64,000 nucleotides of DNA from Bugula neritina (taxonomy: Eukaryota; Animalia; Bryozoa). Location: assembly GCA_964035545.1 (NCBI GenBank), contig OZ037765.1:30689504-30753503 (forward strand), given 5' to 3'. The notes under the pieces are model-generated. The model saw only the letters and a program-made list of their open reading frames with translations. It was not told where the DNA came from and ran no database searches. Shown one piece after another: positions 44,881-57,757 of this stretch (positions within the stretch are counted from its first letter, which is position 1; each line of letters opens with the position of its first letter). The position numbers and the translations under genes were made by a program.

Positions 44881-46554
44881 ATGTCCAATGTTAAGTAAGA
44901 ACTGATATTATATTGTAATATACATCTACCACTACAGTGTACACATTTACCACTAAAGTGTACACACCTACCACTACATTATACACATCTACCACTACAG
45001 TGTACACACCTACCATTACATTGTACACATCTACTACTACAGTGTACACATCTACCACTACAGTGTACACACCTACCACTACTTTATACACATCTACCAC
45101 TACACTTTACACACCTACCACTACATTGTACACATCTACCACTACAGTGTACACATCTGTCACTACAGTTTACTACAGTGTACACACCTAACACCACAGT
45201 TGCAATACAAGGAGTTATAATAAGTATGTTTAACTGTAAAGATCGTACTATATATACTATGCTATTCTTTGCAATGCAGTGCTGGATTTTCATCAACGTT
45301 TACTTTTTTGTACACATAATATTAGTACCGGTCATATTTACATGATAGTATAAGTATTGATGCCATTGATACAGCAGCACAATCAATACAATATTATGGA
45401 GAACCGAACCTACAGGCTATGAAATACATGTTCAACGAATAACTATTCTCTAATTTTCCTTTCCCTGTCTAACAAATGGCTCATCCTTAACAAAAGTATA
45501 CTACGTTACATGTAGTTGTCGTACATTTATACAAGGGCTTTTCTACATACAACTTCACTTACTATTGCAACTCTGAGTATAGGATACTGTGTTGGGACTA
45601 TTACACAATTCATAACCTTCTTGGCAGCATTTTGTCAGCAGCGGATGTTTGGTGGTATTCAATGAAAGATAAGAGTATATATTAGAACCTGCAACCTTTG
45701 CTGTAGCTATAATTAGGTGGAGACCCACTTGCATTGCAACCCAACACATTATGCTAGTACAACTGCTGTGAATGTAGCATTATAGCATTTATTAATTAGG
45801 TGCTTAGTAAAAAATAGCTGCTTGTACTTAATATTATTCTCAGTGGTGGTAAACCATCCTCCCTGGACTTAGTAAGAAAATTCTACTAGCCATTTTGTGA
45901 AGCTGCATATAATTATTTAAAGTTATTCAAATTAGAGCATGAAAGGAGGTACTGGTTTGAAGTTTTTACAACATTTTTTATATAATACTTCATGCTACAA
46001 CATCTCCACGGTGGGCTGAATTAGAGGTTGGTTTTATAAAAGACAAAAATTGCTCTTTCTGTTGGTATTAAAAGTAACTAATTAATATTGGAGAAATCTA
46101 CACACAAAATTATTTTAGCGGCAGCAATGGTTTAATGCTATTTATAGCATTACACCATTGCTGCTGCTAAAATTTTTCTACTTATACAAAATTTCAGCAG
46201 CAAAAGGGCCATCTATAGATAGAAATGGAACAGGGTTTTTGGGTAATGATATGTTTTCTATTGTGGTGAAGGCGAAATTATGACTAGATGTCCTTCCTAA
46301 AGTAACCAATGGTTTTACTGAGACTCAAACCACTGACTCTGTGTGTACTAAGCCACTAGACCACAGCTACTTTACTTTACAGTTTTTGTAAAGAAGCCAA
46401 AAGCAGCAGAATTCTATTAAATGTTTTTTTCTCTTTTTATAGAAAAAGAAGAAGTGAAGATGACGGATACACTTCTGACTCCTCTCTAATCTTCTACAGA
46501 GGTCCCAACCACCCTCACACTTTGCCGCAGAAGCTCGAACTCCCAGTTACATTG
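44881..46554 (+). CDS. Candidate alternative 5' coding exons of the RhoGEF (44881-44894 and 46443-46554)
   Basis: ATG TCC AAT GTT AA|gtaag joins tttatag|A AAA AGA... to give MSNVKKRRSEDDGYTSDSSLIFYRGPNHPHTLPQKLELPVTL|gttagt. The phase-0 end is compatible with exon 48713. Confidence 0.5.
44918..45198. repeat. 21-bp minisatellite (TACACATCTACCACTACAGTG)
   Basis: About 13 tandem units; explains the repetitive ORFs at 44891-45296. Confidence 0.92.
46280..46370 (-). mobile_element. tRNA-derived SINE, degenerate copy
   Basis: Reverse complement resembles the 49822-49930 element (…CAGTAAAACCATTGGTTACTTTAGGAAGGACATCTAGTCA). Confidence 0.5.
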
Positions 46555-47691
46555 GTTAGTCACACTCCATGTCTACCAGCAGCCATGTATGCCATGTCCT
46601 ACTTTAGCAAGTTCAACTAAGGACCGTCTACATATGCTATGTGTTCTAAATTTATTGGCAGATCATATATATTACTAACCCAACATTCTCTGGCAAACTA
46701 AGGGTAGTCTATCCACTAGCTCGCCATTCCTACTATATGACTGCACATTTTGGCCTTCCATGACTACTACTACATTTCTAGTGACGTAGTAATGGACTGC
46801 TCTAAATTCCCTAATAGGATTAGCACAGGTGGAGAGCAGATAGCCAGTTTCCACCTAGTTTTAGTAGGTTTTGGTGAAGCAATGCTCAGCAATTTAGATT
46901 ACTGCAATTATTCGTTAGAACTCAAGCTACTATGAAAAACAGTTTTTTATGCAGTAACCAATTAGATTGCTTTCATTTTCCTCATCATTCATTCAACATG
47001 CAGCTATTAACAGCAGTCAGCACTTCGCCTGGGCCTAAATTCTTGGCTTTCACTCTGATGCCTAAAACTAGTTCCATGCCAGCTTGTGTAGCTTTTCTCA
47101 ATGTTTACAAATTTTATAGCAATAGGAAATATTTAGCTGTTTTGCCACTCACAGTGAAGACGAGTTTGTGCCACTGTGTATTGCTACATTAACTTTATAT
47201 TGGAACATATAGACCGGTTTTCTGCTCTCAAGTGTTGAACTAAAAGCTTTTGCTGCAATACAGTGCTATCGGTTCGCAGTGAGTAATTATTGATGAGATA
47301 AGGGAATTGCTATGTTGAGAACGCAGCTTACTTTAAACTCTGTCACATTTGCCAGCTTCACTAGGCCTACTTCAGCTGATTAGCTGTGAATTGCACCAAA
47401 ACCATAGTTATCTTAGTTTTCTATCACAATGATCTCTAAAGAAGATAAGAGATATATCATAATAAGATATCTCTGGAGAAGATAGGATATCTCAAAGGGC
47501 AGTCATATGTATCTTAACTTTGTGGTAGTAATAGACAGCAAAACAACTTCAATAACAAACAATTTCTCATTCAATGTTTACTATGCTGATATATATCTTA
47601 TTTCATTATATTTTAATCCACAGTAAACCTAGGACCCTTATTGTTCTATTTTTAGAGTAATTCTAGCCTAAGTGAGTCAAAAATAGATACA

Positions 47692-50600
47692 ATGGGTCAG
47701 AGCAGAAGCAAACCTGACCGAATTGCCTCCAAACGGAGTGCTTCAGAAGAGAATGGCACACCTCAAAATAACAACAATGTACGTATAGTATTGCTAAACA
47801 AGCATGTTGTTTACAAAGTGTGTGTTTACGTATGAAGTGATTAAGCTACTTGTATAAGCAGAACAACATGAAGTAGGTGGGTAATGGGGAAATTAAGGAG
47901 GGCCTGTGTTCTAAATGATAAATGTAGTAAAAGAAGTTATGTTCTTGCTAGTATTTCAACTTGAACCCCAACCTAAATTCATTAAAAATGTCAAAAAACA
48001 TCAAATTTCTGTTTGCTTGTAAATGCCAAAGTTGTAGGCCTGAGTTTAGTCATGTGTCATGATAGTGTGATGGTTTGAACTATGTCTAGGAGGTTATTTC
48101 CTTCTACAGAACTTATTTCCTCTTGCTGGGTTTTGTGACAATGTTATGTTACATGTGTGTCATACGTGACTCAATGTAAAGTTAGTTGCAATCCTCAAGA
48201 ATGTAGATATACAATGTATGCATATAGTCACCAGATGTACTGGAAGTAAGCTTAGTTCCTGGTATACAATAACTAATACTAGATTTCAATGATGTCACGT
48301 ACACTTGTTAGGAACTTTGAAATCTTGAAATAGATTGTCATATTAAAAGTTAGTTTATTTGGCATGGACTCAATAGAACTGAAATATAGTGATTACTAAT
48401 ACTAATATAAATATTTATTACTGTAAGTGTTGACTATTTTGTGAGATAAGAAGATGGTGACTAAATAAATGTCGAAGATTTTCAGCTGAGGTAGACTCCC
48501 AGGCTACAAGAGCATGTAGCAGTTTTAGATATAAATCTTTCTATTGAAAATATGTCAAATTGTTTGACTCTGCATTCAACCATGTGAAATACTGAGCACT
48601 AAATTACATGTATGAAGTTCAAGTTTTGGTTGCCATAGTAACAACATAGTAACTTAACAATTATGTGCAAAGTTTCTAGTGTTCAATTGAATGTTGTGTG
48701 TTATTTATACAGGTCACACGTCCAACAATCATTATACAAGATGCAATGACCGGAAAGGAAATAGAGGGTACCAGCAATGATCTCCAAGATGCTACGGAAA
48801 GTCCAGAAGAATCAGAACCTTCAAACGTAAGTGCTTAAGGAAGGTTGAATGAATGGAACTCATATGCATTGAAAGTTCAATGCTTTAAATATAGAAATGG
48901 CTTACTGTAGTTTATTCTAGTTTTTATGTTATTTTCATGGGTTTAAATGTAGTTTTCTTTTTTTAGTTGAACAATGAGGAGATAGTCAATGCGAGATATA
49001 AAAGGAGGTAAGATTACTTGTTAACTAAATCGTTAAGCGTGAGCCACATGATGCGTGTTTTTGCAGACGAAAATTTGCACTACAAGTAGAAAAGGTGTCC
49101 ACTGTACCCGTTGAAAAAATATTCGCACTTGTTGCTCAGCATTCTGAAAGCAAGTGCGAATATTTTCTGTCGTCGTCACCTAATTGGCTGGTAGTTATTT
49201 AGCGAGCCCACTTTTTTAATTTAGTGCTACATTCCAGTAAATTGCATTTTATTGAAAGCGAGTAGATTTAAAAATGAAAATTTAATTTATCCCCCACGCG
49301 TAGCCATAGCAACAAGGCGAGCAGTAAAGTTGAACGCACATAACATTATTAGCTAGTAGTTTTTTCGAAAATATGCACTGTGTGGCCCAATGCTTACTTA
49401 TTATCTTAAGATATTTAATTGTTTCCTTACTATCTTAAGATATTTAATTGCTTGAAGTAAAATTATCTTCATACAATTCCAAGACTCTTATGCATCTTAT
49501 GTAACATTTTATATAGAATTTGAATTCTGCCATATTTTATATTTTTACAAATTTAGTTTCGTTCTGCAAGAACTACTTGAGACGGAGCAGAATTACGTCC
49601 TTGACTTAGATATCATTGTCCATGTAAGTCGAGTTTAATATCACAGTCTATAGTTGTTATTGGAAACATCACCAGTATTGTTATAGAGGTCAAAGCATTG
49701 TTATATAGGTCACAGCTTCTGCAGGCCAACTTGGTGATTGTTGAATACTTTGGAATGCTTTTGTAGATTTCAGTATAATTTGAGGTGAATCCATTATAGT
49801 CCAAGTTTATAGGAGTTATTTAGAGGGAGCAGCCGTGGTTTGGAGCTAAAACACTGGCTTAGTAAACACGAAGTCGTGGGTTCAAACCCCAGTAAAGGTC
49901 ATTGGTGATGTTAGGAAGAGCATCCAGTCATCATTGCTCCTGTGCCTCATCTGAATAAGTCCTTAGTCCGTTCTAACAAAAACCCTTTTTATCAGAGTTT
50001 GTCACAGCGATTGTTGACTATAAATTTGCATGAGTTTTTTTAGGAATTATAAAGGGATGCTTTCTAGTGTTGAAATATTGCATAGCATGGGTAGCAGTTC
50101 AAGCTGTTGAACATTGGACTGAGAATTGTTTATCTAACTGCCATTATTTCTCTCTCACCAGCTGTAACTGAGCATAGCTAGGAAATAATAGGAACTTTTT
50201 AAACATACAGACTGCATTGCAGTATGTAGGACTATAAGGATTGTGCTGGTGCCACAGAACATTGTACTTTTATACAGCTCATCAAATAGCAATTGGTATT
50301 GGCAATATGTCATTAGGAGAATGTTAAATAAAACTACCTCTCACTAACGAGAGTGGCAGTTGTTTAGCTAGCTGCCTGCAAAAGCTGCTAATGATTGAAA
50401 TATATGCTGTTTTTTTCTTTAGTGAAATCAGTTATTAAGCAGAAGCCAGTTGGTGGAGTTTATTGTATATGTGTGCTGATGAAAATATGCCGAGCTTACC
50501 TGCCGACTTGTTTATAAATGAATCTCAGACTATAAAAGTCAGCTCTTTATATTTAATGTAAATTTGTAGAGTTATATGGAAGAAATCAAAAATATAGATT

Positions 50601-53600
50601 TACCTGAAGGATTGAAAGGCAAAGAAAAAATAGTTTTTGGCAATATTCGGGCAATCCTGGCATTCCATAGAGAGTAAGTCAACTGTTGTGTACGTTGAGT
50701 AAGTTGGTGTACGTTGAGTAAGTCAACTGTGGTGTACGTTGAGTAAGTTGGTGTACGTTGAGTAAGTTGGTGTACGTTGAGTAAGTTGGTGTACGTTGAG
50801 TAAGTTGGTGTACGTTGAATAAGTTGGTGTACGTTGAGTAAGTTGGTGTACGTTGAGTAAGTTGGTGTACGTTGTGACTGACATTTTCCACGTGTGAGGT
50901 GTGATTCACTCCACTATAATGTGTGGGCGTAGTCACATTAAGTTAATGCCAATTATTACTCTAGATGGCTAAAGGCTTGTTAAATGCATTCGTTTCGAAA
51001 TCAATTGTCATGCCAATGGGTCTTGTTTCAAGGCAGGACAACTCCATAAATGTATTATGATTCCCAGTTGTTTTATCTAAATATTAAATCAATAAATATT
51101 GGCTTTAAGATTATAAAGTTGATCAGGTATGACTGTAGTAATTTCAAACTGCTTGAATGTTTGTCAAAATTTAGGTGATAGAATACTTTTATTTTATAAA
51201 TGAAATTCATTCTCTGATGAACTGGGTTACGTATAAGATTTATTTGGCTGTAGCCTCTACATCGAATATCAAGAGAATATCAGTGCATATAAAAGTGGTA
51301 GTTGATTTGCTTCAAAAAATACTTGTAATATGATCCATCATAAATTCACCGTGTTTATAAACGTTGTAGACAAAATTAGGCTAGGGCATTAGAAAGCACT
51401 AACCTTCTGCTATTAGTTTCAATTTCTACTCAAATAAATCAAGAGTAGTTTGTTTGCATTTTGCCAAAACAAATTTTAGGTGCTGTAAGCTGTTATGTTC
51501 TTTTAGCAAGTTCTTGCCTGGAGTTCAACAATTTCAAGACAACCCTCAAGAATTAGGTGCTCTATTCACAAAATATGTGAGTATGTTATAATACACACAT
51601 TTAATAAATATGTAAATTATATTATAGTGATATATAATATAATAAAGAATAAAACAGATTTTGCTTTTTACAAGCATCAAGCTTTGTAATTTTTTGTGAT
51701 ATGAAATATTGTTCATTTGCATGCATTTATTCGCACATGCTAATGACTATAATTAATTGTTAAAATATTTTAGGAAAAGCAACTCCGCCTGTACATAACT
51801 TATTGCGAAAATAAACCAAGATCAGAATATATAGTTACAGAATTTATGTCTACATTCAGAGTGAGTATTGTAATATTTTCTACTTGTCTCAATGTGTCTG
51901 GGCTACACACTGCATATACTGCAATATATATATGTCTATTCACATTCACAACTATTATATTCAGAAATATTATATTGCCAAAAAATATGCAAAGCATATT
52001 AATTTGAAATAATTTATTTTTTTAATCGTTAATTATTTTCCTAATAATTAATTATTTTTTTATAAATTGCATTCTTAATTGTTAATTAATTTATCAATTA
52101 ATAATTATTAGTTGCTTCCTTATTATAAGTCATTAGCAAGTTTTAAGAGAATTGTTTATTTCGTTTCCATAGAAACTCTCACAGCAGGTAAACACGAAGT
52201 TTCAGATTCAGGATTTACTTATTAAGCCAATACAGAGAATAATGAAGTATCAGCTGTTATTGAAAGACATCTTGAAGTACACAGAGCGGTCACATGAGCC
52301 AGTGATCACGTTACACAAAGCTATGGACGTCATGCACGCCGTCCCGCAAGCGGCTAACAATATGATGGAAGTTGGTAGAATAGATGGGTTTGAGGTGAGA
52401 AATAGTATTCTATTCTATTTCATGGCATTATTTTTACTAATTAACTACTTGGTCGAAAGAGTGTAGAAAAATGTAGCCATCTGCGATTCCATACGTGAAG
52501 TTATCTTTCCCCTATTTAACTTGTATTTTTTCGTCGATTTGCATGAAAAATTAGCTCACGGGTTATCCTATGTATTAATCACTTTATTTTGAATTCAAAT
52601 TAAGGGCATCTGCTTATTTAAAACAAAATAAAGTTAGGGGGTTCATATTTAAATTATATAGAACCAAAATATTTGAGCCTTTTTGACTTGCGTTAACCAT
52701 TAATGTTTATTTTCAGGTGAAACTAGCTGTACACGGAACTATTTTACTTCAAGACACCCTTCACGTAGCAGAATTCAAAATAAAGAAATCAGAAGACAGG
52801 AAATATAAGCTCAGACGTGTGTTTCTATTTGAGCAAATATTCCTGATATGTGACCTTTGTGAGTCACCCACCATGGGTCATTATTACAAGCACAGAAATT
52901 CTATAAAGGTACAGCAGCTACTCTTTCAGCACTTTATAAATGTTTAGTCTAAAGACAGTTTTGTATTTAGCTGTGGGAAATTCTAAAAACTTGGTATAAT
53001 TATATTATAATTAGATTTTAGCGGTTTATGTGTCACAGGTTAGTGAGCTCCGATTGGTGGAAACGGTGCATCAGGAACCTTTCTCATTTGTCCTCTCAAG
53101 TACTAGAAATGCAAACATTGACATGTATATACAAACCCGCACAGCTGAAGGAAAGGAAGAATGGACTAGGGCTATACAAGATATTCTGGACAAACAGACA
53201 GATTTCCTACAAAGTAAACTTATGAGTCACTACATAATGTTGTTAAATATAATCTTTGTTATATTTTAGTAGATGTATTGAAAACTATCTAGGGGTCATT
53301 TTACTTAATTTAGTACACACTGAAAATATCCAGATTTTAGCTGTTTTTCACAATTTAGCTGCAAACTAACAAAGGGTTTTTGCCCAAAACTAATAAAATA
53401 TCAATAAATCTACCTAAATAATTAAGGTTCTTTTTAATTTTGTACTTAATTAGGTAAAGTGACCCATAGCACAATTCTAAAGATGCTAGTATTTGTAATT
53501 ATGTTAATGGCACCAGAGTTTGAAGTTGGAGGTGGGCGTGTCATAGGCTTTCCAACCTGAAACTCCAATCGAAATTTAGAATTGACCTTTAACTTTAGGC

Positions 53601-53853
53601 TCTAACTAGCAATTTCTTATATTCTAAGATGTTCAGGTCACCTTTACGTGACTTGAATGCAGGAAATAAACAACTGGTGCGCTTTGTTTCAGTTCTCCAA
53701 AATCCTCTGTCAAGTATGCACTTGGGTCCAGAGGGCAGCTCAACCAGAGTCTTTCGTACTCAGAGTGATCGTCAAGACGCTTCGGCAGAGAATCATAAAC
53801 ACAAGCACAAGCGACACAGGGACGGTAACACTAGGCACCGGACAATTCACTGA
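47692..53853 (+). CDS. Dbl-family DH-PH RhoGEF, Trio/Kalirin GEF2 / ARHGEF25 (p63RhoGEF)-like; exons 47692-47778, 48713-48826, 48967-49007, 49557-49623, 50570-50673, 51507-51576, 51774-51860, 52173-52394, 52717-52908, 53039-53213, 53693-53853; 439 aa
   Basis: DH motifs [58 protein letters not shown] motifs [16 protein letters not shown] and FLQILQNP. Spliced frame is 1320 nt. Confidence 0.92.
49822..49990 (+). mobile_element. tRNA-derived SINE
   Basis: AGCAGCCGTGGTTTGGAG (box A-like) and GGTTCAAACC (box B), followed by a core shared with the inverted copy at 46280-46370. Confidence 0.6.
50672..50873 (+). repeat. 19/25-bp minisatellite built from the exon-5 splice donor (GAGTAAGTTGGTGTACGTT)
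   Basis: Ten tandem units beginning at the exon/intron boundary; nine keep GAGTAAGT. Confidence 0.93.
53293..53466. mobile_element. MITE in last RhoGEF intron
   Basis: TIR GGGTCA(T/C)TTTAC(T/C)TAATT(T/A)AGTACA at both ends. Confidence 0.65.
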
Positions 53854-55836
53854 TTTACATTTCACACTCGGAGTTGCCTCCCTTCATTCCGTAGATTTTC
53901 AGTAACTGATGTTATATTTTTATAGATTTGCTAGATGAAGTCATGTGTAATTTATTTGAAACTGTAAATATTTTTAGATCGTTGATTTTATAGAAAATAT
54001 ATGAATTAATTAAACAGCCATCATTGGTGCCATGGGTATGAAAAGGGTTGGGGAATGCATTACCTAGGCCTTGCTCAAATACAATGTGTAGTGTCATATA
54101 GTAAGATCTCATATTTTAATTTAATCACATGACTGAAATCATCAGTAGAACCATATGCTATACACATGGTTCATTCACTCATGTACATCAACTGATTGTT
54201 ATGCTGAATGGTAAAGCTATGGAGTAGAGGAAAGCTAGGTATGTAGACAAACAAAATGCCTTGCTGCCGTTTCCATTTTCATTTCACATAAACATAAACA
54301 GGTATAGGTAATATTGGTAAATCAATGATTACATGCTTGAGTGATACAATCTATATAAAAACTATACAAGATTTACTTTGCATAATCATTTGGAGTGTAA
54401 AAACTCAGCTTACAATTGTGCCATCATTTGGAGTTATGTGCACGTGGTCTTGGAAATTACTGCAAGGACTTTCCATATGCTTTGTGTCAAATCCGGGAGT
54501 AAAATAATGGAAACACTTGAAAAGTTGCAAAAAAGATTTCATGATGATTTTCCTGAGAAAAATGTGAAAGCGCATAAGAATAAAGAGACGATGTCCATTG
54601 TAAATCATTTGTAAACTAAACTAAATACACTGATGGTAAAAAGTCTCATCTTTACTTATAATTATAGTCTAAATATCAGAAAAATATCTTTAGACATTGG
54701 ATTATCTCATAGAATAATTCAAACATGCAATTCTCACTTTAGAAGATCATATTCTACATGGGCTATGTAGTGTTGAGGCTTCTTAGTAGCTACTATGGTT
54801 AGTGTGCCTACTTGCAAGCTAGAGGTCTCGGCTCAAATTCTAGGGAGGGGGGATTTTAACCCGTGCCCCAAACCAAAGTTTATAAACAAATTTGAAGAAC
54901 TTATGCTATCTCAATTTCTGCACTACTGCTCCTAAACGAAGGTGTGAAGTAGGTAAACCTTCCAACCTACTATGCCTGAACATCAAAAGTGTTTGATGCA
55001 TATGACCTGAAAAACTTGAGATAAGCTGAATTTTACATGAATCTGTATTTAATAGCTTTTTTAGATTGGCTTCTAGTTTATTTCTGCATAGAATTTAACA
55101 TCGATAATTAGTTGTCTGATTTAATTAATCTTAGTTAAAATAATATTGCGAAACATTAATGCAACAGTTGCAGATTCTAGATGCAGGATTTCTAGCAAGT
55201 CAATGGTTTAGCTAGCAGTTACTACCTGAAATTTGTTAGTTTCAATATAATCGTTTATTGCATCAATAAGTAAAATTTATTGTTTCATCTTTCAATTGCT
55301 TCAGTGAATAAATCATAGCAATGCTATAAATTATAAAGATTTTGGCTAATGATTAGATAAAATTTTGAGCTCTTGATTTTAATGCATTACATTGCAATTT
55401 GTACAATAAATTTTCTCCATTAATAGAAGTTAGATTCACAACACTGGGTTGTTACTTGACAATGATAGGATCATGTGACATGCAACCAAGCAAAGAAGAG
55501 ATTTTCTCCAATATGAGACTAGTGGATACTCCTATAGATCAGAGTGATGTATATACCCTTTAACCCTCTAAATTAGCCCAATAAATATGCTTACGCTATA
55601 GGCCAATGTTTCCATTTGTAAATAGAAGCACGTGTTGGCTTTTCTTTTCTACATTTTTACAAGCATGAAGGGCAACCCTATGCTTGTTCGTGTACACAGT
55701 TTTATCGTTCCTATGCATGCTTTCTGTGTTTTGTTTACTTTTTATAAAGTCATTTAATTGATTCAAATTTCTCAGCTTATTTCGGAAGAAGTTTGACTGA
55801 AATCTAGATTATATTGTAATAGTTGTAGGCTGTATA

Positions 55837-55876
55837 CACTGAACTGAAACTATAACCCGGGGGTTATAGTTCAATG
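55837..55876. mobile_element. 40-bp hAT-like mini-MITE
   Basis: CACTGAACTGAAACTATAACCCGGGGGTTATAGTTCAATG; flanks GCTGTATA/GCTGTAGC (6/8 match). Confidence 0.55.
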
Positions 55877-55910
55877 GCTGTAGCCGTGACAAAACCACGT
55901 GTTTACATAT

Positions 55911-56686
55911 CACTGGCTTTCCATGTACCGATCTCAGATCGATCTCAGCGAGATCGATCCATGGAAAGACGCCAAAGATCGATCTCCGTTGATCTGAGCT
56001 GGTCGGTCTGTAGAGCTCGAACTCAGATCGATCTCATGTCAATAAGACCATGGAAAGACCCCAGATCGATCTGAGAAGTAGAAAAAAACTGCGCGCTACA
56101 ATGTTGTCTGCTAATAAAAATGATAACTTATTGATAATTACTAAGCAAAGTATTAACTAATCATGATAACCACTTTTTCAGATGCCAAAACTTTGACTTT
56201 CAGTACAATGATTAAGAAAACTCTATTATATGCAGTAGAAGGTAAAAAAATGGGAAAATTTAAATTGAATTTAAATGACTATCAAAACTTAGTTTCATTA
56301 GCTATTTTCTTTGTAATTTTAAGCCTAACAGTCCTGTAAGTTTATTAATAATCTGCAAGACAGCCATTAATGTTATATAAGCTGTCAAGCTAAAAAATTG
56401 AAATTAATTATTTTAAATTGGCCAAATTACCATACACTGAAAGCTTTGCTGCGTATAGTTTATAGCTGGGATTAAATTTTAGACTACTACCCTCTTGTTT
56501 TCAACAGTAGTAGCTTTAATCACTCAAATAGGTGAACAAATTATACTTTTAAAGTATCCTTCACTTAAGAGGAGGCAACTTCGCTAGATCGATCTGACAC
56601 TCTCATGGAAAAACGATCGATCTGAGCACATTTTTTAGATCGATCTCAGCGAGATCGATCTGAGATCGGTACATGGAAAGCCCGTG
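55911..56686. mobile_element. Non-autonomous DNA transposon, CACTA/EnSpm-like
   Basis: Long TIR CAC(T/G)GGCTTTCCATGTACCGATCTCAGATCGATCTC, many subterminal GATCGATC repeats, and AT on both sides (2-bp TSD; a TA TSD with 1-bp longer ends is also possible). Confidence 0.85.
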
Positions 56687-56841
56687 ATAATATTATTATT
56701 ATTACAAGCTTCCGTATTTTAGGAGTAATTCTAGGTAGCCAATCAAAATGCTCATTTATTAGTCTGCAGATAGATCAACCTAACAAAGTTAGAGTTCAGA
56801 CTCGAGTGATGAGCCTACACTGCTGTACCCGGAGTGGCACC

Positions 56842-56874
56842 CACTGAACTGAAACTATAAGTTATAGTTCTATG
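56842..56874. mobile_element. 33-bp hAT-like mini-MITE
   Basis: CACTGAACTGAAACTATAAGTTATAGTTCTATG flanked by a perfect 8-bp TSD GTGGCACC (56834-56841, 56875-56882). Confidence 0.7.
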
Positions 56875-57054
56875 GTGGCACCCTATGAGTCAGTTTGACT
56901 GTATCGAGTGGAACGATTAGTAATACTAGTAGTAATAGTAAACTTTTAAAGCAGCTTTCTTTTATTATAATATTACTAAAACCACAAAATTACCAAAAGC
57001 ATCAAAAAATGCGTTATCTATCAGATAACCTAAGTCAGTAAAATTAAAAATAAA

Positions 57055-57250
57055 TGTAATATTCAATTTCATATTCATATTGATATTGATGATCATAATG
57101 ATTATGATATTCATATGCCTATGGCGTATTGTTTTGATAATGATATAATTATAATTAATGTACTATATTAATATATATTATTATTATTATTATCATTTTA
57201 ATTATTATATATTCATATTGATATTCAATTTCCTATTGATATTGATATTG
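57055..57250. repeat. Degenerate ATATT(C/G) hexamer / AT-rich low-complexity repeat
   Basis: Repeated ATATTC/ATATTG and TAT triplets. Confidence 0.6.
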
Positions 57251-57757
57251 TAATTCCAGTAGTGATACTAATATTTATAGAGTTATGCTGAGTCTAATAC
57301 TTATAGTGTTACTAATAGTGATGGACAATAGACATAGTCATAGACATGGTTATGGTAATTCACTAATTAAATTACTGTAATTAGCTCACAATATATAAAC
57401 TATTAGTTTGAACACCATACTTGATCTTCATCTTGCACTATGTCTGGTGATTTGCAATAAGAAATTATATAAATTGAAATTGAAAAACAAATATAAATTA
57501 GAATTTATGGATAAAATGCTCAAATTATAACTATAAGATTGAAAAGTGTGAGCAGGTTTAGGTTGTTACTTAAGAAACTACAGTTAGCTAGTCAAAGTTA
57601 ACTTTTATAGACTTAGGCTCAAAATATAGGTAATAACCTGTTGCAGTTTTAGAAAAATAGATAATTTATTTTCAATTTTATTGCTTGAATTTTGCAAAAT
57701 TTAATGTAAGACTGTTATGTTTAGGTTAAATTGTAGGATTAGTTTACTGATGGTTTA

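Noticed and set aside
44891-45296. Mucin-like Thr-rich / Val-rich / CSGRCV repeat ORFs
   Set aside because: All frames of a stop-free 21-bp minisatellite, with no splice or signal context.
49822-49900. tRNA gene
   Set aside because: Box A/B present but no consistent cloverleaf or acceptor stem; followed by a repeat core, so called a SINE.
50672-50936. CRISPR-like array or the ORF at 50679-50936
   Set aside because: Units are contiguous with no unique spacers and the context is a eukaryotic intron; the ORF is the repeat read antisense.
54325-54614. Short ORFs downstream of the RhoGEF
   Set aside because: No recognisable motif or splice support; probably 3'UTR or intergenic.
55874-56074. 66-aa ORF
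   Set aside because: Reads through the GATC-rich TIR of a MITE.
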